64,000 nt of DNA from a virus. The notes beneath the pieces are model-generated. The model did no database searches and was not told the origin of the DNA. It saw nothing but the letters and a program-made list of their open reading frames with translations. The stretch spans positions 32,001 to 96,000 of IMG/VR virus record IMGVR_UViG_3300017917_001940; one strand, given 5' to 3'. Positions 30,634-41,515 of this stretch are shown one piece after another. How positions within the stretch are numbered: the first letter of the stretch is position 1; each line of letters opens with the position of its first letter. The position numbers were made by a program, and so were the translations under genes.

Positions 30634-30662
30634 TTGACTTTTGTGCGGTTGCAACATAAACT
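30634..30662 (+). promoter_or_regulatory. sigma70 promoter with TGC-rich operator-like spacer
   Basis: TTGACT-N17(TGCGGTTGCAACA)-TAAACT. Confidence 0.5.
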
Positions 30663-30798
30663 GTATAAGTATATTAGTAGAAACCATGAGAGGCTTGTAT
30701 GTTTAAAACAATTTGTAAGGCAATCAAGATAACTATAACTAGTATTTGCGATAGAATCGAATATCATAAGAAGTCCAAACAATCAGACTGGGAATAAT

Positions 30799-31341
30799 AT
30801 GTTATCCACAATGTTTTTACCACGCAGCGAGTATGACTTGTATAAGTTATGGCTCAAGCAACAAGATCCGGAAACACTTCGTATGTATTTTGGAGTGAGT
30901 GTAACCAGTGGATATATTGATCAGGTAATGGCACGCATTGATGCTGATAGATCAAAACACCACTTTTTAGTGGCATTTGACCACGACCAATGGATCGGCA
31001 TAGTACACATAGCCGACATACCCAATGGTGGCGCCGAGTTTGGATTTATAGTAGATACTGATCATAGACAACAAGGTGTTGCTGATAGACTAATGGACGA
31101 AGCAACCACCTGGTGTAGAAATCGAGGTTATACCAAGTTATTTCTACACTGCTTGAGTCGTAACGAACCTATTAAAAAGTTGTGTTTGAGACACGGTCTT
31201 GAAATACACAATGTAGATGGAGATGCAGAAGTTGCAGTTGAACTTCCTCCTCCTAGCTTTTTTACCTTGGGTAAAGAAGTATCAGCATGCCAGCGTAACT
31301 TGTTTACCATGATGTTAAACAAGACTCTGCATATAACCTAA
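30799..31341 (+). CDS. GNAT-family acetyltransferase
   Basis: AEFGFIVDTDHRQQGVADRLM, NEPIKKLC. Confidence 0.85.
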   Translation: MLSTMFLPRSEYDLYKLWLKQQDPETLRMYFGVSVTSGYIDQVMARIDADRSKHHFLVAFDHDQWIGIVHIADIPNGGAEFGFIVDTDHRQQGVADRLMDEATTWCRNRGYTKLFLHCLSRNEPIKKLCLRHGLEIHNVDGDAEVAVELPPPSFFTLGKEVSACQRNLFTMMLNKTLHIT

Positions 31342-31349
31342 GGAAAAAT

Positions 31350-32054
31350 ATGTCAACAATCATAGCCGCACTGGTGATGGTACAAATCACCATAGCCTGT
31401 GTTACACTCTACTTACATAGAAGTCAGGCACATAGAGCAGTTGAGTTTCATCCTGTAGTCGCCCATTTCATGCGTTTTTGGTTGTGGTTAACCACAGGCA
31501 TGGTCACCCGGGAATGGGTAGCCATACACAGGAAACATCATCAAAAATCGGATACACCCGAAGATCCACATAGTCCAGCAGTGTATGGTATTTGGAGAGT
31601 ATTATTTGGAGGAGCACTATTATATGTTAAAGCTAAACAAGACAAAGGTATGGTTGATAAACTTGGGATTGGCTGTCCTAATGATTGGGTTGAGCGCAAT
31701 GTTTATAGTCGCTACCCTAGCACAGGAATCGCCCTCTTACTCATTATTGATACGCTAGTATTTGGCTGGACAGGCTTGCTAGTGTGGGGAATTCAAGTGC
31801 TTTGGATTCCATTTTGGGCCGCTGGTGTTATCAACGGGCTAGCACATTGGGTTGGTTATCGTAATGTAGATACTAAAGATACATCAAGAAACCTTTGGCC
31901 GTTGGCTGTATGGATCGGCGGCGAAGAATTACATAACGGGCATCACGCTAACGGCACCAGTCCAAAATTCAGCCAAAAGTGGTGGGAGTTTGATATCGGT
32001 TGGATGTATATACAAATTTTGCGAGCATTAGGTTTGGCAAAATTGAGAGTGTAA
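31350..32054 (+). CDS. membrane fatty acid (delta-9 acyl-CoA type) desaturase
   Basis: His boxes HRSQAH, HRKHH, HNGHH; KWWEFDIG. Confidence 0.92.
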   Translation: MSTIIAALVMVQITIACVTLYLHRSQAHRAVEFHPVVAHFMRFWLWLTTGMVTREWVAIHRKHHQKSDTPEDPHSPAVYGIWRVLFGGALLYVKAKQDKGMVDKLGIGCPNDWVERNVYSRYPSTGIALLLIIDTLVFGWTGLLVWGIQVLWIPFWAAGVINGLAHWVGYRNVDTKDTSRNLWPLAVWIGGEELHNGHHANGTSPKFSQKWWEFDIGWMYIQILRALGLAKLRV

Positions 32055-32070
32055 AAACCACCAAAAAGTA

Positions 32071-32182
32071 TTGCATTTTTTGCGGCAGTGCAATATAATA
32101 GCTAAATAAAGTTGTTAAAGAAATGTTGTGCCGAATGGGTCGGGCAACGGCAACTTTACATTCCACTTGCTTAATAAAGGAG
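32071..32182 (+). promoter_or_regulatory. sigma70 promoter with TGC-rich spacer, TAAATA and hairpin leader (motif copy C)
   Basis: TTGCAT-N17-TATAAT; GTGCCGAATGGGTCGGGCAAC hairpin; ACTTGCTTAATAAAGGAG identical to 12472-12489. Confidence 0.6.
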
Positions 32183-32188
32183 ATTAAA

Positions 32189-32443
32189 ATGGAATTCAAT
32201 TACAAACAATTAGAACAGATGTTCAACGTAGACGCACTAGTAGACCAAACTGAGAAAGCAGTTGCTCAAGTTTTGACATATTTGCCACACGCAGAAGTTA
32301 AAGAAACTCTTTTGACTTTGAACAAAGCCAATGCTAACTTTGCTCGTGCAAATTTGGTAGCCGCTAAATCATTTGGTGAAGTTGCTAAAGCATTTACCGA
32401 ACAAGCTCAAAAGAATTTGAAATCAGTAGCAAACGTTAAGTAA
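32189..32443 (+). CDS. small amphipathic Ala-rich protein (phasin-like)
   Basis: 84 aa, all-helical composition; start reassigned to ATG32189. Confidence 0.5.
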   Translation: MEFNYKQLEQMFNVDALVDQTEKAVAQVLTYLPHAEVKETLLTLNKANANFARANLVAAKSFGEVAKAFTEQAQKNLKSVANVK

Positions 32444-32516
32444 TTCCGAAATACTTGACAACTAATCCAGTGTGTGTTACATTACATACACTGGATTTTT
32501 TATTGAAGGAAATATC

Positions 32517-33206
32517 ATGAAACGTAGTTTATTAGCCATAGCTGTTTTAGCCACTTTAGGTTTAGGTGCTTGTTCATCTACTAAGACTGATCTCAGTGGT
32601 ACAGTATCTGCCGGGCCACAACAGGCCATTAGTGAACAACGCTTACAAAGCGACTTCAAACGTCAAGGCGTCAGAGTTATCTACTCACTAACAGGAAACC
32701 TTGAAGCATTAGAAGTTACCGCTTATGCTCCAGTCTGGGGCAATAGTGAAAATGCCGCCCGTGAAGCATTTCGCACTGCCGAATTAGAAGCTAAAAAACA
32801 AGTTAACGATTTTATCAATCGCGAATCAATTGCATCAACTACATCAGTTGTAATGATTAGCAAGAACTTGGAAAAGGCCAACGACAACAAGACAAACAAT
32901 ATCACAACCAATCGAAATCGTGATATTGTAGCCGGTGATACTAGTGATCTTGAAATCAACTCAAACAAAAACGAAACTGGCAATGACAGCAATAAAAACG
33001 AAAACGTAGCCACACGCAACGATGCCGTTCAAATTGCCACAACTCTTAAGAATGAAATTACCATACGCAACCAAGGTGTTTTAGGTGGCTTGTATCTAGT
33101 CGAAGGCGATACCATTAACAGTGGTAAAAACGTTCGAGTGGTATATCGTTGGGACAAAAAGCACGAAGCATCACGCAAAGAATTGCGTAACTCAATGTCT
33201 CAGTAA
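32517..33206 (+). CDS. lipoprotein (LPP20-like)
   Basis: lipobox LGAC; AFRTAELEAKKQV. Confidence 0.65.
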   Translation: MKRSLLAIAVLATLGLGACSSTKTDLSGTVSAGPQQAISEQRLQSDFKRQGVRVIYSLTGNLEALEVTAYAPVWGNSENAAREAFRTAELEAKKQVNDFINRESIASTTSVVMISKNLEKANDNKTNNITTNRNRDIVAGDTSDLEINSNKNETGNDSNKNENVATRNDAVQIATTLKNEITIRNQGVLGGLYLVEGDTINSGKNVRVVYRWDKKHEASRKELRNSMSQ

Positions 33207-33208
33207 TC

Positions 33209-34273
33209 ATGAGGAACTGGTTAGCGGGCCTGGTATGTGTAACCTTGCTAGGCACCGCACAGGCTCAATCCACTGTTCAACTTTTAACTCCTAGCCCACT
33301 AACTATTGTACTCACAGCCGGGCAGTGGCTTTTTCAAAATCAACGCAAGGTTTACTACATCGAAGTAGAAAGTCGTGCGGCTAGCTTTGAACAAGCTCGC
33401 AGTGAAGCATTTCGCCTGGCAGTTGAACAAGCAGTTGGCACACTAGTATCTAGCGAATCAGTGTCGCAGGGTCAACGTCTAACAAGAGATGAGATTATTA
33501 CCTATGCGTCGGGTTACGTTGATCGCTACGAAATTGCCTATAGAGAAGACCAACCTCGTGGCGTACTTCTTAGATTAAATGTTTGGGTAGCTCATAGTAA
33601 ACTGTCCACAAGACTACTCAATCGTAGTGATGCCAGTGGCCAAATTGACGGAGCTCAAGCGGCCGCACAAGCCGAAACCATTATAACCGAACGCTATTCC
33701 GGTGATCGTTTGTTACGATCAGTACTAGCTGATTATCCTCGTCGAGCTTATAAGTTTGATGTTAAACCCACAGAAGTTTATTTAGATCGCAACCGTGCTC
33801 TTAAAATGCGAATACCATTCCATTTACGCTTGGCACCGGAATATTTAGAATCGCTCTGGACAGCACTAGAAGCCACAGCACAAAGCCAAGGTCCTACGCC
33901 TAATGTAAGCATGGTTAAAGTTACCACTGGAAAGTTGTTTAATGTAGGCGGAGGAACAGTAGGATTCAATGATCCTGGCAAAACTCAATTAATTGCCTAT
34001 ACTGCAACCAGCACTCAACCGGCGGTATTGCTAACTATTAGTTCTTCAGATTCGCCTACAATTCAAACTTGCTATCGTTGGAGCGAATTAGATCAAATTG
34101 TTAACAGCCACTACCCACAGTGGTTTTTTATATCTGCAGGTCCAACTTATGCTAATATTGATGGCCGTTTGGTGCTAAATGCCTATATTGAACGATATGT
34201 ACATAGCTCACAATTAGAGCATATTACCAGTATTGATTTAGCTGTAATTCCGGGTAAGGAATGCCCAAATTAA
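33209..34273 (+). CDS. exported protein (LPP20/FlgT-N-like region)
   Basis: signal peptide; ARSEAFRLAVEQAVGTLVSSE. Confidence 0.6.
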   Translation: MRNWLAGLVCVTLLGTAQAQSTVQLLTPSPLTIVLTAGQWLFQNQRKVYYIEVESRAASFEQARSEAFRLAVEQAVGTLVSSESVSQGQRLTRDEIITYASGYVDRYEIAYREDQPRGVLLRLNVWVAHSKLSTRLLNRSDASGQIDGAQAAAQAETIITERYSGDRLLRSVLADYPRRAYKFDVKPTEVYLDRNRALKMRIPFHLRLAPEYLESLWTALEATAQSQGPTPNVSMVKVTTGKLFNVGGGTVGFNDPGKTQLIAYTATSTQPAVLLTISSSDSPTIQTCYRWSELDQIVNSHYPQWFFISAGPTYANIDGRLVLNAYIERYVHSSQLEHITSIDLAVIPGKECPN

Positions 34274-34347
34274 AATTGCCATAAGTATTAGAGTATGTCC
34301 GAAAAATGTGTTATAATTATAATATACGCAGTTTAAGGACTATTTAA

Positions 34348-34938
34348 ATGCCAGAAAAAATGCCTGCACTAGAAGAATTAGAAACAGAAAAATCCCACAG
34401 CCAGCTACTACAAGATGCTGGCATGTATGTGTTTATGGGTGACGTAGACACAGAATCTCTCAAGCCTGTTATTGAGTGGATTCTTGCTGAAAATCACGTG
34501 ACCAAGAAACGCAAGAAAGAACTGCTATTAATGATATGTAGTTCTGGCGGAGATATGGAGCCAACGTTTGCATTGATTGACGTGATGAAGGCCAGTTCAA
34601 TACCTATTAAAACTGTAGGACTCGGGCAGATTGCCAGCTGTGGATTGTTGATTTTTATGGCTGGCACTCGAGGACAACGAATTCTTACACCTAACACAAG
34701 TATTTTAAGTCATCAATACTCATGGGGTAGTGATGGCAAACATCACGAACTATTTTCAGTTGCTAAAGAATTTAATCTTACACATGCTCGTATGATTGCT
34801 CATTATAAGGAATGTACGGGCTTAAACGACGAAGAAATTAAAGTAACTCTACTGCCACCAAGTGATGTGTGGCTAACCGCAGACGAGGCATTGGCTCTTG
34901 GCATCTGCGATTATATTTCTGACTTAAAACGCGATTAA
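34348..34938 (+). CDS. ClpP-like protease (divergent)
   Basis: ICSSGGD, GQIASCG, ILSHQ, DVWLTADEAL..G. Confidence 0.85.
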   Translation: MPEKMPALEELETEKSHSQLLQDAGMYVFMGDVDTESLKPVIEWILAENHVTKKRKKELLLMICSSGGDMEPTFALIDVMKASSIPIKTVGLGQIASCGLLIFMAGTRGQRILTPNTSILSHQYSWGSDGKHHELFSVAKEFNLTHARMIAHYKECTGLNDEEIKVTLLPPSDVWLTADEALALGICDYISDLKRD

Positions 34939-36500
34939 CGTTGACGTTTACGGCCTAGTGTACTAGGCGATCCTAGTTTTTCTTTTTCCACACCGCCAGC
35001 ATGAGCAGTGACACTGCTACGTGGTGGAATATAGTCGACTAACTCGCCTGCTTGGCTGTCGCCAGGGGCATCTGTAGTAGCAGTCTCTTCTTTGTTTGCC
35101 ACTGCTTTAGGTTCTTTGTTGATGTTAAACACTAACTTACCACCAGAACTGGCTGTGGAACTATAACTCTTTTGTGCTTCTAGTGTCACGTCAGTAAACA
35201 GTTTACTTGGCCACACTGTGGTAAAGCCTTGAATGATAAATTCACCTTTGCCTTTTTTAGCATCAGTGTACATTTGAACAAATGCTGAATTGTTAAGGAT
35301 ATCTGCGGCAGCTTCTGAGAAGTTGGTTTTAGTATTAATCTCATTACATACTTTGTAAGCAATACTTGACACTAAATGATTTAACGGAACAACCTTACTC
35401 GGATCTTCTGCTGTGCGGTCTTTATAAATTTTCTTAAGATTAGCAGACAAATCAGTCTTGTTGATATCAAAATCTTTAACACCATCATATTTTTTCAAAC
35501 TCATCACTTGAGCTATTTCGTCTTGTTTAATCATACCGAGTTGAACAGCAAGATCTAACGGACCACTATCATGACTACCTTTATCAATTACTTCTAAAAT
35601 ATCAATAACATCTTTATACTGTTTACGGAATTGTGTCATTCCTGCTGCCTCAAGTTCACGAACACTGTTTAATAAGTTCACACTAGATGCCATGGCACCT
35701 TTTGCGCCTTTAGAACTTAGTTTAATCTGTTTCCCAGCCGAATTAATCAATAATGAATCAAATAATTCTCCACTGGTCTTGGTATTAAAACTAACTACGC
35801 AATCTGAATATCCACCTTTGCCCATAAACACTTCTGCGGCACGTGCAGCGTTACCTTTAACTGGTGCACCATTGATAAGAACAATAGGCTGTAACATTTC
35901 GCAAAAGTAATCGCGGAATCCGGCAAAGTCCATGTTACCTGACGGTACCGATACTGGAAAACTTTCAGCTGAGGTAATAATCACAGCCGCTTGATACTCA
36001 GCTGATTCATTACCAAATTTAGCGGCAATTTGTGCTAGTATGCTTTCTGGGGTTTGGCTTTTAAATTCAGTTAATACATCTGTTGGTTTATACCCAACTT
36101 TTTCTTTTGACCCACGAGCGTCAGTTTGGCTAAACTCTCCTGGGATATCCACGGTTTGGAAAAATGTATTTTTTTCTCTAACTGGTTTGATCTCTTTAGC
36201 AAATTTAGCTAGATATCTTGTGCCCACCGCAGTGTCAAATGCCGCAATACCAAACGCACGATTTGCTCCGGGTTGATTAACCATTTCAATTGGATGTTTT
36301 ACTTGCTTTTGTACAGCATCAAACGCAGTCATCATCTCTTCTCTACTGGTAAAACTACCAACTTCTGGATAAAAGGTTAAACTTTGGAATGTAATTTGGT
36401 TATCACTGCCTTCGCCACGCGAATAAACTTCGCCAGGTTTACGGGCACTTAGTCCACGAGCTTCATCTAGGGTGTTTATTAGGTTAATCAAGTCTCTCAT
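34935..36500 (-). CDS. hypothetical late protein
   Basis: 521 aa ORF; TAAGTA 6 nt before ATG. Confidence 0.75.
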   Translation of the reverse strand: MRDLINLINTLDEARGLSARKPGEVYSRGEGSDNQITFQSLTFYPEVGSFTSREEMMTAFDAVQKQVKHPIEMVNQPGANRAFGIAAFDTAVGTRYLAKFAKEIKPVREKNTFFQTVDIPGEFSQTDARGSKEKVGYKPTDVLTEFKSQTPESILAQIAAKFGNESAEYQAAVIITSAESFPVSVPSGNMDFAGFRDYFCEMLQPIVLINGAPVKGNAARAAEVFMGKGGYSDCVVSFNTKTSGELFDSLLINSAGKQIKLSSKGAKGAMASSVNLLNSVRELEAAGMTQFRKQYKDVIDILEVIDKGSHDSGPLDLAVQLGMIKQDEIAQVMSLKKYDGVKDFDINKTDLSANLKKIYKDRTAEDPSKVVPLNHLVSSIAYKVCNEINTKTNFSEAAADILNNSAFVQMYTDAKKGKGEFIIQGFTTVWPSKLFTDVTLEAQKSYSSTASSGGKLVFNINKEPKAVANKEETATTDAPGDSQAGELVDYIPPRSSVTAHAGGVEKEKLGSPSTLGRKRQR

Positions 36501-36541
36501 AATATGTACTTATACTAGTTCTAATACAATAAGTAAAAGGT

Positions 36542-37414
36542 ATGAACAAAATACAACTACAAATTTGTAGTGACCAATGGCAAAATCGAGAACAGATATT
36601 AGAACTACTGCCCAAAATAACAGCAAGTTGGGTGGTGTTTGATACTGGCGCAGAAGGTATCAGTTTAAAGCACAGTGGCATTTTAGACGTGATCAATCAA
36701 TGGGTGTCGAGCACTGGTCGAGATCCAGCAACAGTATTCATAAACAATCCAAACACCTACGAGCAAACCCCATACAAAAATTTGTACAATCCAAATTATG
36801 GTAATCATTTCTTTTCAATGAGTCGTAGTTATCAAATGCCAGTGCCGGAAATTAATACACAATCTAAATTGTTTGGTTTGTTTATCGGAAGGCATACAGC
36901 AGAACGAGAACAGATACTTTTAGATGTTGTAAACACATGCCAGGATCATTTTGTGTTAAGTGTAATGAAAACTCATTATCCTTGTCCTTGGCCTAATGAA
37001 CTCAAACACATTAAATCAATTGATGATACTTACATTAGAGATCAATACACTGGAGAAACAAACACTAACTTAAATTTGCTAAAGTTTTACGATCAGTTTC
37101 AAATTGAGGTGGTAGCAGAAACTATGACCGCAGGAGAAACATTCTTTCCTACTGAAAAAACAATTAGACCCATCAGTGGACTAAGGCCTTGGTTAGTGTA
37201 TGGCCCAAAAAACTTTTTGGCAAATTTAAGATCTATGGGTTTTTCCACCTATCAAACTTGTTGGTCTGAAGAATACGATTGTTACGACGGACTAGATCGT
37301 TGGCGTCGTATGTTAGACATAATTCAACATATTATTAACAATGGATATGACACCGAATTGGCACGTGATATTGCCCAATACAATCTCAACGTGCTTAGAA
37401 AGTGGCATAGATGA
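36542..37414 (+). CDS. glycosyltransferase-like protein (paralog 2)
   Basis: VVAET...FFPTEKTIRPI...PWLVYG. Confidence 0.6.
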   Translation: MNKIQLQICSDQWQNREQILELLPKITASWVVFDTGAEGISLKHSGILDVINQWVSSTGRDPATVFINNPNTYEQTPYKNLYNPNYGNHFFSMSRSYQMPVPEINTQSKLFGLFIGRHTAEREQILLDVVNTCQDHFVLSVMKTHYPCPWPNELKHIKSIDDTYIRDQYTGETNTNLNLLKFYDQFQIEVVAETMTAGETFFPTEKTIRPISGLRPWLVYGPKNFLANLRSMGFSTYQTCWSEEYDCYDGLDRWRRMLDIIQHIINNGYDTELARDIAQYNLNVLRKWHR

Positions 37415-38376
37415 TTGTAGCAGAATTCAACAATGGTTGGGGAGTACACTGGCCAGTTAAACAACTTGAACATGACATTGTTCAACAACTGCTGGCAACT
37501 AGCACAGATAAAATCGTGATTATCAATAGCACATGGTACACAACTGAATATCATCTGAAAGTTATACAACAATTAAAAACCCTTGACTTCGATCATATTG
37601 TGTTAGTGGCCATGATTGATCCAGCAATACCTAAACTTGAATGGTACGATGAGTTCGCTTGTTCTATAAGCGTTATTGGTTATTATCCTGGAGAATGTAA
37701 TATAGATTTCTGGGCTCTGGTATTAAATAAATTTTATCAAGAACCTGCTGTTGATTTGTTAGATGCTACATTGATAGACACTGCCTATATGTGCCTTAAT
37801 CGCAAACCACACTGGCACCGAAAGAAACTCTATAACGAACTTGACATACATGGTTTGTTAGACAATGGTATAGTTAGTTTAGGAGGTGTTAGAACCTTGC
37901 TAATGGATGTCGGATACCAAGACCTTACACCAAATGCCGGACCTGGTGAATATGGCATTGGCAACGATATTGTAAGTCTTGGGCATTTATCCAATTGGAC
38001 CAGATGTTTTATGAACATAGTAACCGAAACCGCTTGGAGCATTAATCATACAGGATTCGTCAGTGAAAAAATTTACAAGCCTATACTCGGTTGTCGTCCA
38101 TTTTTAGTATACGACACAGATGCTGGCGAACAATGGTTAACTAATCGAGGGTTTAAAACATATACACAGGACTTTCAAGACATAACCAATTTAACATTAA
38201 CCGATCCTAACAATTTGGTACCGTTTTTAAAAATACTTTGTGCTCAACCAAAAGATTATTGGCAATCAAAATTACTTGATCTAAAAGACAAATTATTGTA
38301 TAATAAAAATCACTTTGCTGAGTATGTTCAGCAACAACAATTAACTATTAGACAAGGAATACAATGCCAAATTTAG
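37411..38376 (+). CDS. glycosyltransferase-like protein (paralog 3)
   Basis: IVTET...[10 protein letters not shown]...PFLVY. Confidence 0.6.
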   Translation: MIVAEFNNGWGVHWPVKQLEHDIVQQLLATSTDKIVIINSTWYTTEYHLKVIQQLKTLDFDHIVLVAMIDPAIPKLEWYDEFACSISVIGYYPGECNIDFWALVLNKFYQEPAVDLLDATLIDTAYMCLNRKPHWHRKKLYNELDIHGLLDNGIVSLGGVRTLLMDVGYQDLTPNAGPGEYGIGNDIVSLGHLSNWTRCFMNIVTETAWSINHTGFVSEKIYKPILGCRPFLVYDTDAGEQWLTNRGFKTYTQDFQDITNLTLTDPNNLVPFLKILCAQPKDYWQSKLLDLKDKLLYNKNHFAEYVQQQQLTIRQGIQCQI

Positions 38377-38957
38377 TGCCGATCGTAGTAGAACAAACAT
38401 CAAAAGGCGAACGTAGTTACGATATCTACAGTCGTTTGCTTAAAGAACGTATTGTAATGTTGGACACAGATGTAAATAATCATAGTGCTAGTTTGATTGT
38501 GGCACAGATGTTATTCCTTGAAGCAGAAGATCCTGAACGTGATATTCTGTTTTACATTAACAGCCCGGGTGGTGTAGTCACAGCAGGCATGAGCATTTAT
38601 GACACTATGCAATTTATCAAGTGTGACGTGAGCACTATTGTCATGGGTCAAGCGTGTTCTATGGGTAGTTTATTAGCCCAAGCCGGTGCCGCAGGTAAAC
38701 GATTGATTTTGCCTAATGCACGACACATGATTCATCAACCAAGTGGTGGTGCTCAAGGACAAGCAACAGACATTCAGATTCAAGCACAAGAAATTTTAAA
38801 GATGAAAAAGTATCTCACCGAAATTTACGCAAAGCATAACACAGCAGGCAAGACATATGATGACCTAGCAAAGGACATGGAACGTGACTATTTTATGAGT
38901 GCTGAAGAGGCAGTGGCATACGGTCTAGCAGACAAGGTCATTACTAAACGAGAATGA
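38364..38957 (+). CDS. clpP: ATP-dependent Clp protease proteolytic subunit
   Basis: [40 protein letters not shown]. Confidence 0.97.
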   Translation: MPNLVPIVVEQTSKGERSYDIYSRLLKERIVMLDTDVNNHSASLIVAQMLFLEAEDPERDILFYINSPGGVVTAGMSIYDTMQFIKCDVSTIVMGQACSMGSLLAQAGAAGKRLILPNARHMIHQPSGGAQGQATDIQIQAQEILKMKKYLTEIYAKHNTAGKTYDDLAKDMERDYFMSAEEAVAYGLADKVITKRE

Positions 38958-40252
38958 GTTTCAAAAAAACTTTTTGTCCTAGCCCATGGTTTCACATTCG
39001 AATAAACAACGGTGGCAACTATGAGTTTTGTCGCTGGGGGAAACTTTCAGACGAATCACGAGTTAATTTTATTCACAATATTAAAAATCAATCACCCGTA
39101 GATTATTTTCAAAATACTCTAGCACCATTAAGACAACAAATGTTAAACGGGCAACCCATTGCCGAATGTGCAGATTGTCACACAATGGAGAAGCATGGCA
39201 AGGTCAGCGGTCGACAACGTCAACTGCTAAAAGTTGGTGTTATGGAGCCTTATTTTGAAAAATCATTAGCTAGTTCGCCGATGGTATCCGATTTCGCTTA
39301 TAGCGACCTTAATGAAGGTAAGACTACAAGAAATGTAACCGATTGGCAAATCGACTTAGGAAATTATTGTAACGGTGCATGTGTTTTTTGTACTCCTCGA
39401 AATAGTAGTCGATTAGCACAAGATTATAAAGCACTAGGACTTATTGATGAACTTCCTCCTAGTAGTTGGTGTGACAATCCAGTTCTGTTGCAAAAATTTA
39501 TCAATGATTTAATATCTAGTAAAAACTTAGCATACTTACACTTTATCGGAGGCGAAACTGTTATTACTCCTGGGTTTAAAACCATCCTCACAGCGTTAGT
39601 TAACAGTGGACAATCAAAAGATATTACAGTAGGATTTACAACAAATCTATTGGTGTGGTCAGAACCTATTATTAATTTACTTACTCAGTTTAAACAAGTT
39701 AATCTTGGATTAAGCATTGAAACCCTCACACCAGTTAATGATTATGTAAGATGGCCATGTGAGTACAATCAAACTCGAATAGTTCTTGACCGCTGGGTTA
39801 GCGAGGCTAAACAACGTAACTGGTTAACTCAATTACGTATTACTCCGACCTGTCTGACTATTAAAGATTTACACACAGTATATGATTATGCCTGGGAACA
39901 TGGCACCGCTGTTGAGAGTTGTAACTTTTTACATCAACCAGAGTTTTTACGTATTAACGTACTGCCAAAAAATATACTCACCCAGGCCAAGCAAAATTTG
40001 TCTCATTGGATTGATCAACATCAAATTGAGATTAACGAACAAATTATTAACACAAGAGATCCTAATATGTATCAAGCACAACTATTGCAAGATGCACAAA
40101 GTTATCTAGCCTTCATTGACTCAACAGAGGACGAAAGTTTTAGATTACCTGAATTAATCAAATATCTAAAACTGCTCGAGAGTAAGAGAAATAATAGTGT
40201 ATTGGATTATCTACCGGAATATGAAACGTTATTCAGATCTGCAGGTTACTGA
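38954..40252 (+). CDS. radical SAM protein with N-terminal SPASM/twitch-like domain
   Basis: [22 protein letters not shown]. Confidence 0.85.
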   Translation: MSFKKTFCPSPWFHIRINNGGNYEFCRWGKLSDESRVNFIHNIKNQSPVDYFQNTLAPLRQQMLNGQPIAECADCHTMEKHGKVSGRQRQLLKVGVMEPYFEKSLASSPMVSDFAYSDLNEGKTTRNVTDWQIDLGNYCNGACVFCTPRNSSRLAQDYKALGLIDELPPSSWCDNPVLLQKFINDLISSKNLAYLHFIGGETVITPGFKTILTALVNSGQSKDITVGFTTNLLVWSEPIINLLTQFKQVNLGLSIETLTPVNDYVRWPCEYNQTRIVLDRWVSEAKQRNWLTQLRITPTCLTIKDLHTVYDYAWEHGTAVESCNFLHQPEFLRINVLPKNILTQAKQNLSHWIDQHQIEINEQIINTRDPNMYQAQLLQDAQSYLAFIDSTEDESFRLPELIKYLKLLESKRNNSVLDYLPEYETLFRSAGY

Positions 40253-40610
40253 TTTAGTATTATCCATTGAGATAGAAACAATAGGTAATCCTGATTATCT
40301 ATTAACTGTCAATGGGCAACATTATATCGATAATATGCACCTACCATTATTAGATCCTATTAACATTGATATTGAGTTTAAAAATAAAGTATACACTACT
40401 GAATATGAAACAGCGATTATTGTCGATATATCAATTGATAATATCAATATAATCCCAACATATAATCATCTTGTACAGTATGTTAACGATCATAATCAAG
40501 TAGTAACATCAAACTACATCGGCTTCAATGGTAAGTGGACACTAACCATAGATAGACCCTTTTATCAGTGGCTACATCAAGTACAAAATCAGGGCTGGTT
40601 ACTAGACTAG
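40221..40610 (+). CDS. hypothetical protein
   Basis: ORF track, start adjusted. Confidence 0.55.
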   Translation: MKRYSDLQVTDLVLSIEIETIGNPDYLLTVNGQHYIDNMHLPLLDPINIDIEFKNKVYTTEYETAIIVDISIDNINIIPTYNHLVQYVNDHNQVVTSNYIGFNGKWTLTIDRPFYQWLHQVQNQGWLLD

Positions 40611-40708
40611 CTAAGTCATTGATTCTTAAGGAAAAAAATTTCTATATAAATCAATGACTTAGCGGCATACACCAAATACTTGACCAGAATCTCACCTTTT
40701 GCTATACT
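40611..40708 (+). promoter_or_regulatory. inverted pair of IHF-consensus sites + sigma70 promoter
   Basis: CTAAGTCATTGATT(40611-24)...AATCAATGACTTAG(40649-62); TTGACC(40680)-N17-TATACT. Confidence 0.7.
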
Positions 40709-40735
40709 AATAAAACTTAAACAAAAGGAGTAGCA

Positions 40736-41239
40736 ATGAGCAAAGTTCTAAATTTCGCAGGTGTTAGTCGTTTAAATGGTGAACTCAAGTTCCGTACTGC
40801 CACTGAAGACAGTCGTTTTGCACAGTTGTCTAAGTTGGGTGACACTGATGTTGAATTTGTTCGCATTGACCCAGTTGAGTCCAAACAAGCGGCCGCAGAA
40901 CAGTTACTCGCTCGTAACTTTGCCAATGGTCGTGTTGAGATCGAAGCATTGTTAAACGAAGTTGCTCTTCGTGTGAAACCCAAACGTGAAGTTAAAGTAA
41001 CTGTTCCAACTAAGTTTGCCCAAGAAATGTTGGGTGCTAAGGTTAAGGTTGAGCCAGTTCAGAAACGGGTGCGTAAGATTGATCAAGTGTTTGGCAAAGG
41101 CCCTACTTTATCAGTTGACGAAGCCAACGCTCGTGTTATGGCTACTGTTCGTGAGGTAACTCCAGAAGAAGCCATGCGATTGTTGGTTAACGCCATGCCT
41201 AAGAAACGCAAGTCACGTAAACAAGTGGAGACAGTATAA
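40736..41239 (+). CDS. hypothetical early protein
   Basis: AGGAG RBS; N-terminus similar to 60605 (F.VAG.....G..K.R.A). Confidence 0.75.
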   Translation: MSKVLNFAGVSRLNGELKFRTATEDSRFAQLSKLGDTDVEFVRIDPVESKQAAAEQLLARNFANGRVEIEALLNEVALRVKPKREVKVTVPTKFAQEMLGAKVKVEPVQKRVRKIDQVFGKGPTLSVDEANARVMATVREVTPEEAMRLLVNAMPKKRKSRKQVETV

Positions 41240-41515
41240 TGAGCACAGTAGACACACTGCGTCAAGAGATTGAGCAATTGAGCAATCGCGAGTTAGAACA
41301 AAAGTACGAACTATATCGCGATCTTAAGAGCAAGGGTGTGAGAGATGAGATCATGCTCACACTGCTTGAGGAAGAATTATACAACCGTGTGGTATTGGTT
41401 TAACGAATAGGCGTTGTAGTAAGGTAGCACTCCAAACCCGGCAGATGACCTGGGCAGACATAAGTCGTAAGTCCTAAGTCCGGGATAAAGGTCAGAAACC
41501 AACTAACAGGAACAT

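Noticed and set aside
40611-40662. Inverted repeat as transposon end or terminator
   Set aside because: No transposase or target duplication and a 24-nt A/T spacer; each arm matches the IHF consensus and recurs singly elsewhere
41409-41505. tRNA gene or pistol/twister/hammerhead ribozyme
   Set aside because: GGCGTTGTAGT..GG start is tRNA-like but there is no TTCRA T-loop or matching acceptor strand; ribozyme cores match only in fragments (UAAG-CCUAAG, CAGAUGA) without the required helices
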